Origin: Octopus vulgaris
Taxonomy: Eukaryota
Length of the DNA: 64,000 bases
Direction of reading: 5' to 3'
NCBI GenBank assembly: GCA_951406725.2
Contig: OX597833.1
Location: forward strand, 41,478,001 to 41,542,000
Both the position numbers and the translations under genes were made by a program. Below are positions 1-13,436 of this stretch, piece by piece. Numbering within the stretch: position 1 is the first letter of the stretch; each line of letters starts with the position of its first letter. The notes beneath the pieces are model-generated. The model was given only the letters and a program-made list of their open reading frames with translations, did no database searches and was not told where the DNA came from.

Positions 1-630
1 ATGACCTTTCCACCGATGTATTGTCTTATGCATATATTTTCTGTTATCATGACTGCAGTTGCCTTGACAGTGACAGAAGAGACAATAAATTGTATGACAA
101 CAAACGCAACGAAATCCAACAGATCCACTTGCCTCTCCTCTTGTCGTCATCCTTACTCTACAAACTTTGTACAAAACACTATTTAATCTTTATTTCCCTA
201 GAGCTGTAACATTCAATTTTATTCCACGTTTACCCTATAATTTTTGGTAGAAGCAAATCTGCGTTGTGGCATTTGTTCGTTTCTTATTGTTGACAGTCAT
301 TGAGACTACAAGTGACAATTTATTTTAATTTCTCATTCATTTTATTTCTCTAATCAGATTATTAAAGTCATTGTAATTTATGGCTGGTTTTTACACTTAC
401 GTTTATCTTTATTCTCACACGTACTGTACAGACTGTTACAGACGAGAGTATTGGGTACTGGTTAAGCTGGCACGTGAATTATTAGTTCAATTACCCTGCA
501 AGCATTTCATTGTGTTCTCAGACAGACCACTTAGTCCTACATGTCTCCAATCATCGTCTAAGTTAAAAGATAAGTTACCAGAACGGTTCTAGAATAGAGA
601 TTTTATCGTTCATCTGGTTAACGCTACATA

Positions 631-1815
631 CAAGGGTCGGCTGAAAAGTTATAGGGTGACCAAGATACTCTGTGACCAACCGAGTTTTATTTTTCAACAT
701 AGTTACCCCGTACGGTCCATACACTTCTTCTATTGGTGTTGCAGTGCTTGGATCCCATTGGTGAAGAAGTGTTGGTCAAAAAAGTCATCATCACTGCGAT
801 ACTGGTTCCCAACCAAGTGTTTTTTCATGATGAGGAACTGGTGATTGTCAGATGGGGGCCAAATCAGGAGAATAAGGAGTCTGATAAACCAGTTCAAAGC
901 CACAGTCACGTACAGCAGCCATTTAAACCAAGGACTTGCGTGCTGGAGCATGAAACAAGACCTCTTTCGTCAGTTTTCCCGAGTGTTTGGTCTTGATAGT
1001 CGTTTGCAGTTGTCTCAGCAAGTTGGTATAGTACTCTCCATTGATGGTGTGACCCTTTTGAAAATAGTCAATGCTTTTTTGCATTCCAAAGAATTCCCTG
1101 CCGATAAAATAATCTTGGCCTTCTTTGGAGCAGGTGGGGAGTGGGTTGTCTCTTTGTCTCTGGCACAAAGTGATGAACCTAACACTCAACCTAGATTAGG
1201 AAACGTTCAAGGAAACCAGCTGGATGTGCCTCAAACAATGTCAGATTTTACCGTGGTACGATCAACCTGGTACGCTTTTGATCAGGTGTCAGTCACTGAG
1301 CAGAAACCTTTTTTCATGCCAAGTATTCTCAACTCTCTCATGAGATATGCTAATAACATTGCCTATTTGAGTTATAGTCAATCGCCTGTCATCCATCTCC
1401 ATGTAGTGAACATGATCAATGTTTTCCTCGGTGGTGGCAGTTTCAGGACGGCCAGACCTTAGATCGTCTTCAAGACTCTCCCTTCTACTCCTAAATTCAG
1501 TTGCCCACTTTTTCATTGTTGATATAAAGCTGGAGCGTCACCGCCCAAGGTAACAGCCATGTCAGCATGAATGTTCTTGGTGATTAAACCCTTTTTCTGC
1601 TGGTACTTGATAGCACGACGATGCCAAATTTTGTCCATTTTCAAGAGAAGTTGCTATTTGTTACTTTTGAAGTCTTCTTTGAAGAGTCAGATATCAGTTT
1701 TCCTGGAAAGAAACAATGCAATTATTGTTAAGAAGAATTAAAATTAATGCTTGCATTTCATCGCTCTGACATCAATCCTTCATAGTCAGCCTATGAACTT
1801 TCCAGCTTACTCTCG
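631..1815 (-). mobile_element. Tc1/mariner DNA transposon, decayed transposase
   Basis: Imperfect ~30 bp TIRs (caagggtcggctgaaaagtt.atagggtgac / gtcagcctatgaacttttccagcttactctcg) flanked by TA. Minus-strand peptides MDKIWHRRAIKY.., KKWATEFRSRRESLEDDLRSGRP and IDYFQKGHTINGEYY are mariner-like, with stops and frameshifts. Confidence 0.93.
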
Positions 1816-2331
1816 TATGAGCACTGATCTTGTGGTGAGTTGGTGAGGCGATTAATTTAGCTTCAAGGTTAACTTATACAAGTATCGTAAACATTGGAGT
1901 AAGCTCTCGGTATGCTGTTAAATCTTATGAAACTGGAGGTTGATTTCCGGTTAACATATTTTTCACTTCACTTACTTTCCTAGTTACAATGATATTCTAG
2001 GTTAGTCGTTCTTAATCTCGAGACTGCTGAACTTCTCCTTATTGGCATATCCTCTCATACATCATAGGAAATACGAAATCCTCGATGGGGGATCCAACTA
2101 CTGCTTAAGACTGAATTACTTGTTTGTAATTAAAACATGTTCTGCCAGTCATAAACAGAAAGAGCTTGTAGTGTAAGTACATGATTTAGGTTTCTGTGGG
2201 GTTATCACAATATCTATGAAAGACAGTTTTTGGGGTTTTTTTGCTATGACCATTTCTGAATGGGGGATTATGAGAGTTAAAACCTTGAGACTCTAAATAG
2301 AGGTTTGCAAGGTTTGTTTGATGTCAGGCTT

Positions 2332-2334
<3 letters not shown>

Positions 2335-2388
<54 letters not shown>
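2335..2388. repeat. (AG)n microsatellite
   Basis: Direct reading. Confidence 0.95.
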
Positions 2389-2392
<4 letters not shown>

Positions 2393-3163
2393 TGTGGGGG
2401 GTGGACTGTGTGTGTCTGTGAAGCTTTAAAAAATAAAGGGTCACGACCAGAACCCTCTTCGCTGATTAAAAGTTAAAAATAAAACAAAAAAAAGCTTGTT
2501 TTGTAGTACATATGCTACTACATTTTCTTAAATTTATACTACTTAAAAATCCTATTGAATATCATATTAAATTAATTCGCTTCATAAATTAAACTGACGT
2601 ACAAGCCTTCCTCGTATGATTTAGCGGATATATGCTTATAAGCACCTCTATATTTTTTTCAAGGAATTTTCTTCTGGTTTCTGTTTTATTTGTAGTAATT
2701 TATGATTCTACCAAAAAAAATAATAATAATGATAAATAAATAAATAAATTTGGTCGGAGGGTGAGGATTTAGAGCTGGAATTTATTGTTAGGATAGAAAC
2801 AAATAAAAGAGTAAGTAAAAAGTTATACTCGGAACGTTTATAGCACAACCCTGTCTATATTTTTTTAATTTGAACAACGAAATTTTCATTTTTGTTACTT
2901 TGTAACACGATGCGCAGCATTTGAAAAATTTGTACTACATTTTTTTATGAAATTTATTTGATAACCCTGCAATAATTCTCTAGAATTTCCTAGGTATTCG
3001 TCAAGTGGATATCTTTATTTTCCTTCTGTCATTTGATATTTTCTTTGTTAGATAACGAAATTTAATGAATTCGTATGGTTGTATAAATTTTCTATGCTTA
3101 TAAATCCGGGCAACACTGTATATTGTGGCAACTAGTTGCGTGTGTGAGTGTGTGTGCGTGTGC

Positions 3164-3214
<51 letters not shown>

Positions 3215-3749
3215 CGTGCGTGTGTATGTGTGTACATACACGTGTGCATATTTATGTTTGTGTGTCTCTGTGTGTGTATGCGCGCACGTGTGTGTGTGTG
3301 TGTAGAATTATTATTATCCTTACATGAATTCAAGCTTGACGGAATCACACAAAAGACATGTATTTCTGGGAATGCATCTTTATTACAAAAACTCAGGTAT
3401 GATACGCACCCCCAAAGTTCAACTGATGAACCAATCGGTTTCTCCAGCTTTCTGTTTGAAAGTCGTCTCACATAATTTTCACGGCTGGTGAACTGACGTA
3501 ACGGATTCATAGAACCACGGGAGTAACTTTTGGATAAACAGACGAAATACAAACTATTCAACATAAACAACACAACACAACGCATGAATCTACTTTTCAG
3601 TTATTGTGTAGATTACATGTAGATTCTTCTATTACGTGAAATCATCACAGATGAAACTTCCTCTACAAATCACTCTTATGTGCCCACAATTTGCATACAC
3701 AATGCTGTATCCAATATTCGAATACTTGTCCAACATATTGTACATTACA

Positions 3750-4560
3750 GGAGGCGGCGAGCAGGCAGAAACGTCAGCACGCCGGGCGAAATGCGTAGCC
3801 GTATTTCGTCTGCCGCTACATTCTGAGTTCAAATTCCGCCGAGGTCGACTTTGCCTTTCATCCTTTCGGGGTCGATAAATTAAGTACCAGTTACGCACCA
3901 GGGTCGATGTAATCGACTTAACCCGTTTGTCTGTCCTTGTTTGTCCCCTCTGTGTTTAGCCCCTTGTGGGTAGTAAAGAAATAAAAATTGGCATTTCATC
4001 TGCCGTTACGTTCTGAGTTCAAATTCCGCCGAGGTCGACTTTGTCTTTCATCCTTTCGGGGTCGATAAATTAAGTACCATTTATGTACTGGGGTCGATGC
4101 AATCGACTTAACCCGTTTGTCTGTCCTTGTTTGTCCCCTCTGTGTTTAGCCCCTTGTGGGCAGTAAAGAAATAAAAATTGGCATTTCATCTGCCGTTACG
4201 TTCTGAGCTCAAATTCCGCCGACTTTGCCTTTCATCCTTTCGGGGCCGATAAATTAAGTACCAGTTATGTACTGGAGTCGATATAATCGACTTAATCCTT
4301 TGGTCTGTCCTTGTTTGTCCCCTCCATGTTTAGCCCCTTGTGGACAATAAAGAAATAAGAATTGTTAGCACGCCGGTCAAAATGCCTAGCGGCATTTCGT
4401 CCGTCTTTACGTACTGAGTTCAAATTCCGCCGAGGTCAACTTTCATCCTTTCGGGGTGTCGATAAAAATAAGTACTAGTTGATCACTAGGATAGATGTAA
4501 TCGATTTATCCGCACCATCACCCCGACATTGCTGGCCTTGAGTCAAAATTTGAAACCAAT
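3750..4560 (+). mobile_element. Four-unit array of tRNA-derived SINE family A (Octopus OK-like, Meta-domain-like core)
   Basis: Head ggcggcgagc.ggcagaa, B-box gagttcaaattcc and core gcctttcatcctttcggggtcgataaa repeated 4 times. A 15-bp TSD atattgtacattaca sits at 3735-3749 and 4561-4575. Confidence 0.92.
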
Positions 4561-4957
4561 ATATTGTACATTACACAAAAAGGCAATAAAGGCTGAAAAC
4601 AAAGAAAAAGGGTTTTCGGTCTCCTTTGTTTGGGTTTTTGTTCTCTTCTATTTCATTTGGACGACCATAGAAATCTCAACACGCGATAAGCTATCCAGTT
4701 ATGGGTTAGGCACAGATACAAGTCTATTCTTGCCAAATGCGCCAGCGTGAGTGAATACATACATATTTGATTCCGACTATCCTGCAGACACCAAACCATT
4801 CTCACCAGATACACCTATGAGTTTATCACATGCATACATTGACTCACCAACTGACACAATCTCGTCTTCACCAGGTACACCAACGGGTTCAGAGGAGAAA
4901 TCTTTTGTTTAATTTGACCTAGTTTGGTTACGAGAAATATAAAACGCGATAAATAAA

Positions 4958-5192
4958 TTTATTTCTTTACTACCCACAAGGGGCTAAACACAGAGAGGAC
5001 AAACAAGGACAGACAAACGGATTAAGTCGATTATATCGACACCGGTGCGTAACTGGTACTTAATTTATCGACCCCGAAAGGATGAAAGACAAAGTCGACC
5101 TCGGCGGAATTTGAACTCAGAACGTAACAGTAGATGAAATACGGCTACGCATTTCGCCCGGCGTGCTAACGATTCTGCCAGCTCGCCGCCTT
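4958..5192 (-). mobile_element. SINE family A, full length
   Basis: Reverse complement of the family A consensus; TSD aaaacgcgataa on both sides. Confidence 0.92.
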
Positions 5193-7112
5193 AAAACGCG
5201 ATAACAAATACATTTCTCCTCTTTGGTTACTCGGCGTCTACCAAAAGCACATCTATCTTTCTTCCTTCTTCTTTCTGTCCGGTGCCGATGGAGAAGAAAG
5301 CGCCTTTATGCGTGGAATTATAAGCTACTTATACTCTCTATTTACCTCGACTTTATTGCTCTGTCTCCCTTTAGTAGTCACACACGAATTAGTTTACTAG
5401 CTACACAATGGATTCCATATCAACAAATAACTTGTATACTAACTACAAGTTATTTTCCGTATTGTAACGACCATCATAACAATCATATAAGTGACTGTCT
5501 TAATCAATTTATATTGTTCTTCTTCAATCATTTATTCGATGCATATCGCAATACATAACAGTTATACTTGGTGACTATCATATATACGTTACACATTCAT
5601 GCCTGATCTAAATCTAGAACTGCTAGTAATACATGAACAGTTATCGAATATATAGATGACGATATCTATTTTATACCATCCTCTTTCTAGTCCAGCAAGG
5701 AGAGATTTAACACTGTGAATATTAATACTGGGTACCTCATCGAACTTTGACCTGAAAGAAGCAAGTGTAATTTTCGACAGTATCCGTTTGCCAGTGACAG
5801 AGCAAACAGTCTGCTGCTTTAGCATGAGTTCGTCTTACACTTTCCGTTCGCTGATCTTAACAATTTCATTCCACAAATATTTAGCATCTCGCACACTACC
5901 AGTGCAGATTTCTTTCATAATTGTATCTATTTCTACCGCTTGATTATTTCCTTTTCCTCATCAAGGTTGTTACTGTTCACCTATGTTACTATTCACCTGT
6001 TTTTAGGAGTTTCATGATGCAGACTTTCTAACAAAAGAATTATATTGGTGATATTGGCACACGAACACATGAGGCATTTGAAAAGAGAACAAATTGTGAT
6101 CTGGTTGTAGTTCGACAAACTTCGACTTTCGACAGATATATTTGAGTACTGATGCTAAAGAGTTGATTGTCTGGGATATCGTGACAGACGACATTTTGTT
6201 CTTCTTTTTACAGCTGACAAGGAGCCCCAAGAACCTTTGTATTTGGGGGTTCCTGGTTACCAAACAATCACACTGCGAAATGGAATCATTTAGGTGGAAA
6301 TTTATAATGCAATCGACATTTTATGAAGGTGAACCACATGACAATGGGAGCTAAACATAGACGAAAGGGTTGTATACTGCGCAACAAGAATTTGCAAAAA
6401 AATTGCGATTCCTTTCTGCTTTTAGGAAGCACTCAGGGCATTCTTGTCTTCGCCTCACCGGCAGTTACGGTACACACTTAAGCAGAATATACAGCAGTGT
6501 CTCCGTCTTCTTGGGCAACAAGTAAACTATGTCGGTATTTGCCCGTCGATAGTTTAGAGTGTTTTCGTAATTCTTTGAGCTGGTTCTCTGTCATTTCAAA
6601 CGGGTTGTAGACTTCTGTGAACGTTCCGTTGCTTTATATACTTCATAATTGTTGCAGTTGCCTTTGAACCGCACTCTTCTTTCCCGCAACCGTTAGGTTA
6701 CTGTTTTCATAATGTTCAGTCCAAATGTTAATAGGAAAATGAATGGATAATAAATATTTCGTTGAATAATGAATATGACATATAATATGATACTTCAAAT
6801 TGATTTAAACGGAACAAAAGACCCTGGAAAAGAGAAACGCTAGTGCGAGAATCACATGGAATTGTGATTACATCATGGCCGGTGCTCGAGACCGTTGGCG
6901 AGAATATTCTCTTTTTCTTTTTGTTTTAGTAAGGATGGTCAATTCTATGATTGGTTACTAATAGTGATGCAAATATATTTTTAAAGGCCGCGTATCTTTT
7001 CGATATGCGCTGTAACCGAATCACAAAATTCAGCAACAAAATTATCGAGTTTCAGCTCTTGTATAGCAATTAATCTAAAGTAAAACATTGCGGTTACGAT
7101 CCCGATATAGTC

Positions 7113-7507
7113 TCTATATATATAAAGCTGAAGTTGTCTGTGTATGGCAGGTTTGGTAGCCTTCAACTAACACTATCTCCTCTGAGACCCTGCGGCGTAA
7201 GTTGACCAAAATTGAGAGTATGATAGAAGAAGGCTTGCTCTTCATTCCGTAGAAGATAAAATTCAAATCGGACCATGTTAAAACCAAAAATTATTTACAT
7301 CAAATAGGTGCTTTTTTTCTATGTAAATCCCTATTTTTTACGATTTTTTTACTGCTGTGTCGCCATTTTCGGTGTATTTCAACCAGAAACATGTTCACTT
7401 AAAGAGAATAACAAGCTACATAATGCAACATTTTTACTTTTCAAAAATTCCAATTCTAAAGGATCGAAAAGAAAACAAACCCGAGCAACGCCGGGCTATA
7501 CTGCTAG
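7113..7507 (+). mobile_element. Non-autonomous Helitron
   Basis: 5' TC(TA)n start; 3' GC hairpin cccgagcaacgccggg (7480-7495) followed by CTAG|T. Confidence 0.75.
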
Positions 7508-8629
7508 TGTTATCATAAAGTCCAAAGCAAAAGCAAACGCAATCGTTATCGTTGAAAAACATTTTTTAAAAAAACATTCAATTTGATATCTAATTGAAAT
7601 GAAAACTAATTCTGCTGCCGTCAGGACAATTTTTTCTTTCATCGCTTTTTTTCATGTCATGCAAGAACTGGCTCCAACATAACTGTTGTTAAGAGGGTTT
7701 TATTAAAGTGCCTTTATATGTTACATGTCACATTGTCACAAAATAGTAACCAGAAACTTTCAGAAGGTTTTTTTTAATGAATGAACAAATCTGATATTTT
7801 ATCGAGAAAGTGATTATAAAAACAAATTTCAAGCCAATTCCCACAGAAATGAATTTCTACTTGATAAAAATATACAGTGCATGTCGAAATAATGTGTGCG
7901 TGCTCGCACGCGTGAGTATGTGTGCTTGAGTGTGGGGCAGAAACAGATTTATAGTTATGCAAAAACGTATGAAAATGAATATCATACAAAAATGTTAATG
8001 CATTCAGAAAATAACAAAAGTCCACACGACTGAATTAGAAAAAATATCAACGAATTATAATTGTACGTAAAGTTCAGTTCGGAATGTCAGGATGAAACTC
8101 AGCTAATTATAACCTAGTAATATATACAGAAACGAAAATACCAGAAAATAATATTTAATAAGTATGTAGAAGATATGACTGTATGTTGTAAGAGTATATT
8201 TCTGCAACAGGGTTATATCATCTGATGTGGATTCGCCCGATAAAGTAAATAAATTTTGCAAATGTGTGAGTAACGAGGGGTTTTTTATGACATCAATGAG
8301 GCTCGGATGAAAGATAGTGTTCCTCCTTTGAAGGGCACCTAGATTAAGAACGTGTTTCATGCAGCTAATTAGTTTAAAATGGTGATAAAAAACAATTATT
8401 TGACATGCAGAATACCAGCTGTGATGAGCCTGCTTTGATGTACATTTGTCAGAGAATTGAAAATCCAATAAGTGGCGCGGTTTACGAAAGAAAACAGCCT
8501 TTCTCAGCTACCTTTTTCTTGTCAAATTTTCTACAAATTGAAAATTCATTACACCACATTCACACACACACACACACACACGCGCACGCACGCACACACA
8601 CACACACACACACACACATGTATGTGTGC

Positions 8630-8748
8630 GCATCGGGTTCAGTCCCACCTTGTGACACCTTGAGCAAGTGTTTTCTACTATAGTCTCGGGCCGACTAAAG
8701 CCTTGTGAATGATTTGGTAGACAGAAACTAGAAGAAACCCGTCGTATA

Positions 8749-8804
<56 letters not shown>

Positions 8805-9013
8805 TTGTCTCCCACCACCATATGACAACAGCTGTTAGTTTGTTTACGTCCCCGTAAGTTAGCGTATTGGCAAAAGACACCGATAGAATAAGTACAAGGG
8901 GGTCTTTTTATAAAAAAAAAAGCACTGGTGTCGATCCATTCGATTAAAAACATTCTTCAAGGCGGTACCCCAGCATAGCCGCAGTTTAATGACTGAAACA
9001 TGAAAAAGATAAA

Positions 9014-9016
<3 letters not shown>
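8630..9016 (+). mobile_element. SINE family B (CORE-like, Octopus OR-like) with internal (TG)n
   Basis: gggttcagtcccac..accttgagcaagtg core, internal microsatellite, tail cagcat.gccgcagt..aatgactgaaaca. Confidence 0.85.
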
Positions 9017-9057
<41 letters not shown>

Positions 9058-9249
9058 GGTGGAATTTTCAGCCGTACACATTAACGTGAACTTTTAGTGG
9101 CGACATAGTTAATTATAATTAATGTTAAACATGAAAGGAGATAATTAGAAGAGTATATTTTAAAATTGAATATAATCTAATTAAAGATATTTAGATGGCT
9201 TTGGAGTGAATTAGAAAATTATTAATGAATGATAAGCCCTAAAATGAAA

Positions 9250-10420
9250 GTCCAGGAGAAATGGTTTATCAAGAAATTTTGTAGGATGCTAGAACTTCAG
9301 TAAAAACGTCAGGACATTTCCACAGGCTCCAAAACACTCTAAATTGGTGGCCAAATAATCTTTAGGGGCTGTTCTAGAGTACAATATGGTAGCCTTCTCC
9401 GCTTATGTAATGAGCAAAGAGTAAGTTCATTGTTGTACAGTCTGCTGGTTTCTCTAATTCACGACTTAACTGTGAAATCTGTCTTGTTAAGTAGTATAGA
9501 TATTTCGATAAAGACGTGAATGGATTTTTTTCTCTTTATCTCTAAAGAGGGCAACAGGATTAGAGCATCTTCGTTTGAATGTTTCTTTAGTCTTTCCTAT
9601 GTTTCGGTTTTTCTTGTTCTTGACATAGGAAGTTACTTCCACTTCATATAGTATTGCTTTGGTGTCGCCAGCTAGTTAAATGGATGTATATTTTTGTTCC
9701 TACTAGTGCACTCATCAACTATAGATGTCATAAGTCTACTTCCTAAGATGCTTTTAATGCTAAGGATGCTACTATATGTCACTTTAAGCATTTTTTTTTT
9801 TTTAAGATTATCTTTTTACAATGGTGACTTAGAAAATGCTTATCTACCAGTTCAAAGAATCTTTTGCTTACCTTAAGTCTTACGTCTAAAACAAAGAATG
9901 GTAAAGTAGATAACATTGTAGAATCTATTTAGATATATGCGGGGCGTGAACATCTGCAATCATTTAATCATATCTTTTAAACCACGTTTGGTTAAGGCGC
10001 TATTATAACGGAGCACTGTTCTATCAACAAACTCTTTACAAAAGGGGAGGTTAGAGATTATTATTTTAATGTTATGGATTACTTCTGGGTCTCTGTTGGT
10101 ACACCTCAGTGTTCCGGAGTGTTTGCTGAAGGCTTATAATGCATTAGTGTCTAAATCTAAGGTTACATCGAAGAAGCTAGTTGTTTTAGGAGTTGCTATT
10201 GACTGGGATTCTTAATCCTATCTCGTCTAAAATGGTAATTGGATCTTTCCTAAACTTATCTAAGACGTGTTTGCTGACGTGAGTAGATACGGCTGAAGCA
10301 CCATCACGATAAAGACTAACATTGGGGGCTAATGAATTTTTCTTTCAGGGTCTAGAATGTGTGGGCTGACGAGATCGCATACGTCTGCGCTTACTTTGAT
10401 ATTGCCTATAATTTTTAATT
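9250..10420 (-). mobile_element. Highly decayed Penelope-like element (RT remnant)
   Basis: Minus-strand remnants SADVCDLV (cf. GAEVCELVG), LSLYRDG (cf. GLYRDD) and TSFFDVTLDLDT (cf. NFLDVTLDL). Boundaries approximate. Confidence 0.7.
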
Positions 10421-10659
10421 TCTTCATTCACTCAGCTTTTATCAAATAGCAACGTTTTCTTTATTTGAGTGGTTTTATGTCTATGAAAGTAAGTATGTAT
10501 GTATGTATGTATGTATGCATGCATACATGCATGTATGTATGCATGTATGTATGCATACATGTATTCGTATATGCATGTATGAATGCAAGGATGCGTGTAT
10601 GTGTGCATCTATGTACGTATGTGTGTATGTATGTATGTATGTATGTATGTACGTACGTA

Positions 10660-11650
10660 CAAGGTGCATTCCAGAAGTTTTCGGATTTTTCAGGAGAAGA
10701 ATTTTCTCATTTCAAAGCGATACAAAACTCTCATTTCCTTTAAAGTAGGATCCTCTTACTTTAATGCACTTGTAGTGGTCCAAGCACTTCGTGAAGGCCC
10801 CATGCAAGTCCTTCAAAGTGAAGATGTCCAGGAACCTTGAAACAGACTCCTTCATCTTCAAATGACAGCCCTTGAGGGTCCCCTTCAGCTTTAGCAACAA
10901 CCAAAAGTTATAGGGAGCAAAGTCTGGTCTATAGGGTGAATGAGGGACAATTTTGATGCCCATCTCTGTCAAGTAGTTGGTTACCAAGATGCTTGTCACT
11001 GAACACCCTGGGAACAAACTTTGCACAAATTTAGCGTAAGTTCAGATCTTCATGAATAATTCTGTGACTGTTACCACACCAACTCCAAAATGTACGCTTA
11101 TTGCATTTGTAGACACACGATGGTCTTCATCCAGAAAATTGTGAATTTTCTCAACCAGCTCTTATGTTCTGACGTCCCTCTCCCTTTCACACTTCTCATC
11201 GTCTCTCACCTCCACTCTACCATCCTTCAATTTCTTGTGCCAGTGTGAAAGCTAATTCATGTCTCCAGAAAGCACCTGCAACGGGTTCGACACTTAGCCA
11301 CCCGAATGGACTCAGGCTTGTCTAAGCTTGCATTTCAGGAACGTCTCCAACGGCTGGCACCTTCACTCGAACAACGGAGGATGCGGGGAGATCTCATCCT
11401 GGCTTTCGACATCTTCAACGGCAATGTAAACCTACCATTTGCGGAGTTTTTCATCCCTGCGCCGAATAGAGGTCTTCGTGGGCATGATCGCAAACTCTAT
11501 CCCCGACACTTTCGGCTCAAGAGTCTGAAGCATTTCCTAAGTTTCGGTAGCGTTTTTGCCCAGTTTAGCATAAAATTTTATTGCATTGCAGACTTTCAAA
11601 CATCCTGAGCGCATTCTACATGCTCGTCAACTGTGACAAAAAGTGTCTAG
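10660..11650 (-). mobile_element. Decayed mariner interrupted by a CR1 fragment
   Basis: HSPYRPDFAPYNFWLLLKLK (YSPDLAP motif) at 10712-11026. The N-terminus AIKFYAKLGKNATET resumes after about 11520. Confidence 0.85.
11250..11520 (+). mobile_element. CR1/L2-clade LINE 3' fragment nested in the mariner
   Basis: ERLQRL..SLEQRRMRGDLILAF..GLRGHDRKL is typical of the CR1-group ORF2 C-terminus. Confidence 0.85.
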
Positions 11651-12119
11651 TAGGTTGTTTTAGTGCTGTTGCAGTCGTCTCCTTCAATCTAGAATAACAA
11701 AAATGGTAACGACATACTAAAAGTACAATAATCTGGGACAGTCATAATTGCCTCTTTTAAAATAAAGTCTCAAGTGTCTAGAATACACTTCGTACGTAAA
11801 GCAGACTATGATAAAGAAAAATTTAATTTACGTAAAAGAGCGCAAAAAATACAAATTTCCAGCCGAGATAATTTGGCGTGTGCAGAAGTGTCTCACATTT
11901 TTAAAGTAGGTTGAGAAACATCTACCAAGTTAGATTATGCCTGTAATTAGCAGGCAAAGACTCCTAGAAATGTTTCAAATCTAAAATCAACATGCAAAGA
12001 AATAAATCAGTTCACTGAAATTTTCGAAAATACACTAAATGCTGTATAGGAGTAGAAGTGATCCGTGGTATTATCTCTTGGTTCATATTACTGATCGTCA
12101 AAATCAATACCACTACATT

Positions 12120-12158
<39 letters not shown>

Positions 12159-12179
12159 CGGACGAACGAATTGATCGAT

Positions 12180-12220
<41 letters not shown>

Positions 12221-13007
12221 GAGTGATTAATTTTAATTTTGCCGAATAGAATATGCTTGAATGAGGAGATATAATATAGCCGAATCATACCGGTAGCTTT
12301 AACTAGTTGTCTTAAACTCATTCCTATATTGCCAAATTCACTCCAATATTGCATTCTTTAAATATTTTCCAAAACTTCCAACCAACTGATTTTATTGGAG
12401 CATGTCGTTCATATCGGCTTAATTTTAGATTTCAGACACCACTTGTAAATTTTTGTTTACTTTACTAATTATTTAGATAGTATCACTTAATTTTAAATGT
12501 TCAACTATATTACATATGTGAGCCCCTTCCTATATGTATATAGCGTGCAGAAAACTCCTCTGGGATATTTTCTTTCTGCCATATTGTTCATATAGACATG
12601 TAGTCGCACACTTATAAATATGCTCTGTGGTTTTCTGTAATGTTCTTGCTTTCCTTGAAAACATTGGTAGCGTATGTGCAGAAAGAATTTCAAGAGGGAA
12701 TCGAAATGAGGCTGTGGTCTCGGTTCAGCGGGAACTTTCCCACCTACATGGCATTTATTTTCAGTAATTACTTTTCCAGTTCTTCCTGTGGTACTTATCA
12801 TAATTTCCCCCGCTACTTCAAATATGTGATATTGTGCCTGTATTAAAAATCCTTATTAAAACTTCGTCAGTCTAACTCGTAATCTAGTTCATATATCTTA
12901 TTAAATTTATAACCCTACACCATTAAATCATTTAAAAAAAGAAGTTTCACGTTTCATCGTCGTCTCCGTTGTATTTATATATTTGCTTATTTATTTTTCT
13001 TAACCAG

Positions 13008-13178
13008 CATCAATTTCGATACACCGATCCAACAGATACTTGGGGACGACTTCTTGCTGTCAGACAAATATCGCAGCAAACATGTGACTCTAAGAGACAT
13101 CCTCAACCAGAAGACAGGAATAAGTAACATGGAAGCCATTTCCCAAATGAATTCCATCAAAACAGAAGATATGATGGG
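13008..13178 (+). CDS. Beta-lactamase/PBP-family protein, internal exon A (phase 2-2)
   Basis: Pyrimidine tract plus cag acceptor, gtacgt donor. Encodes INFDTPIQQILGDDFLLSDKYRSKHVTLRDILNQKTG..., matching the family D.P...T.RDLL.H.TG block. GG+C joins exon B in frame. Absent from the ORF track. Confidence 0.9.
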
Positions 13179-13436
13179 GTACGTAATTCTTCAGTTTTAT
13201 AGTTGTTGTTTTTTGTTTTTTTTTGTTTTTTGAGATATTTCAATACTTTATATGGCAGTGACGTGGTACAGTCGGTAGAGCGTTATACAGAATGCCTTGA
13301 AGTATTTTGTTATGGACCTTTGCATTCGGAGTTCAAATATTGCATAAGTCTACTTTCCATTTTCCTGGGCTCGATTAAAAAAAAATGCCAGACAAGTATT
13401 GGGTCGAATTATAGTCGTAGAACGTATCCTCTATGT

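Noticed and set aside
1-186. 61-aa ORF with a hydrophobic N-terminus as a possible first exon or secreted peptide
   Set aside because: No SxxK or other family motif and no convincing donor site; the ATG at position 1 is likely a window-edge coincidence.
845-1462. 205-aa + strand ORF
   Set aside because: Antisense shadow of the mariner transposase.
1850-2330. Possible Penelope RT remnant (KLSFIDIV on the minus strand)
   Set aside because: Only one weak motif; not enough to call.
3632-3898. Recurring MRNWYLIYRPRKDERQSRPRRNLNSE ORFs suggesting a gene family
   Set aside because: They are antisense translations of SINE family A.
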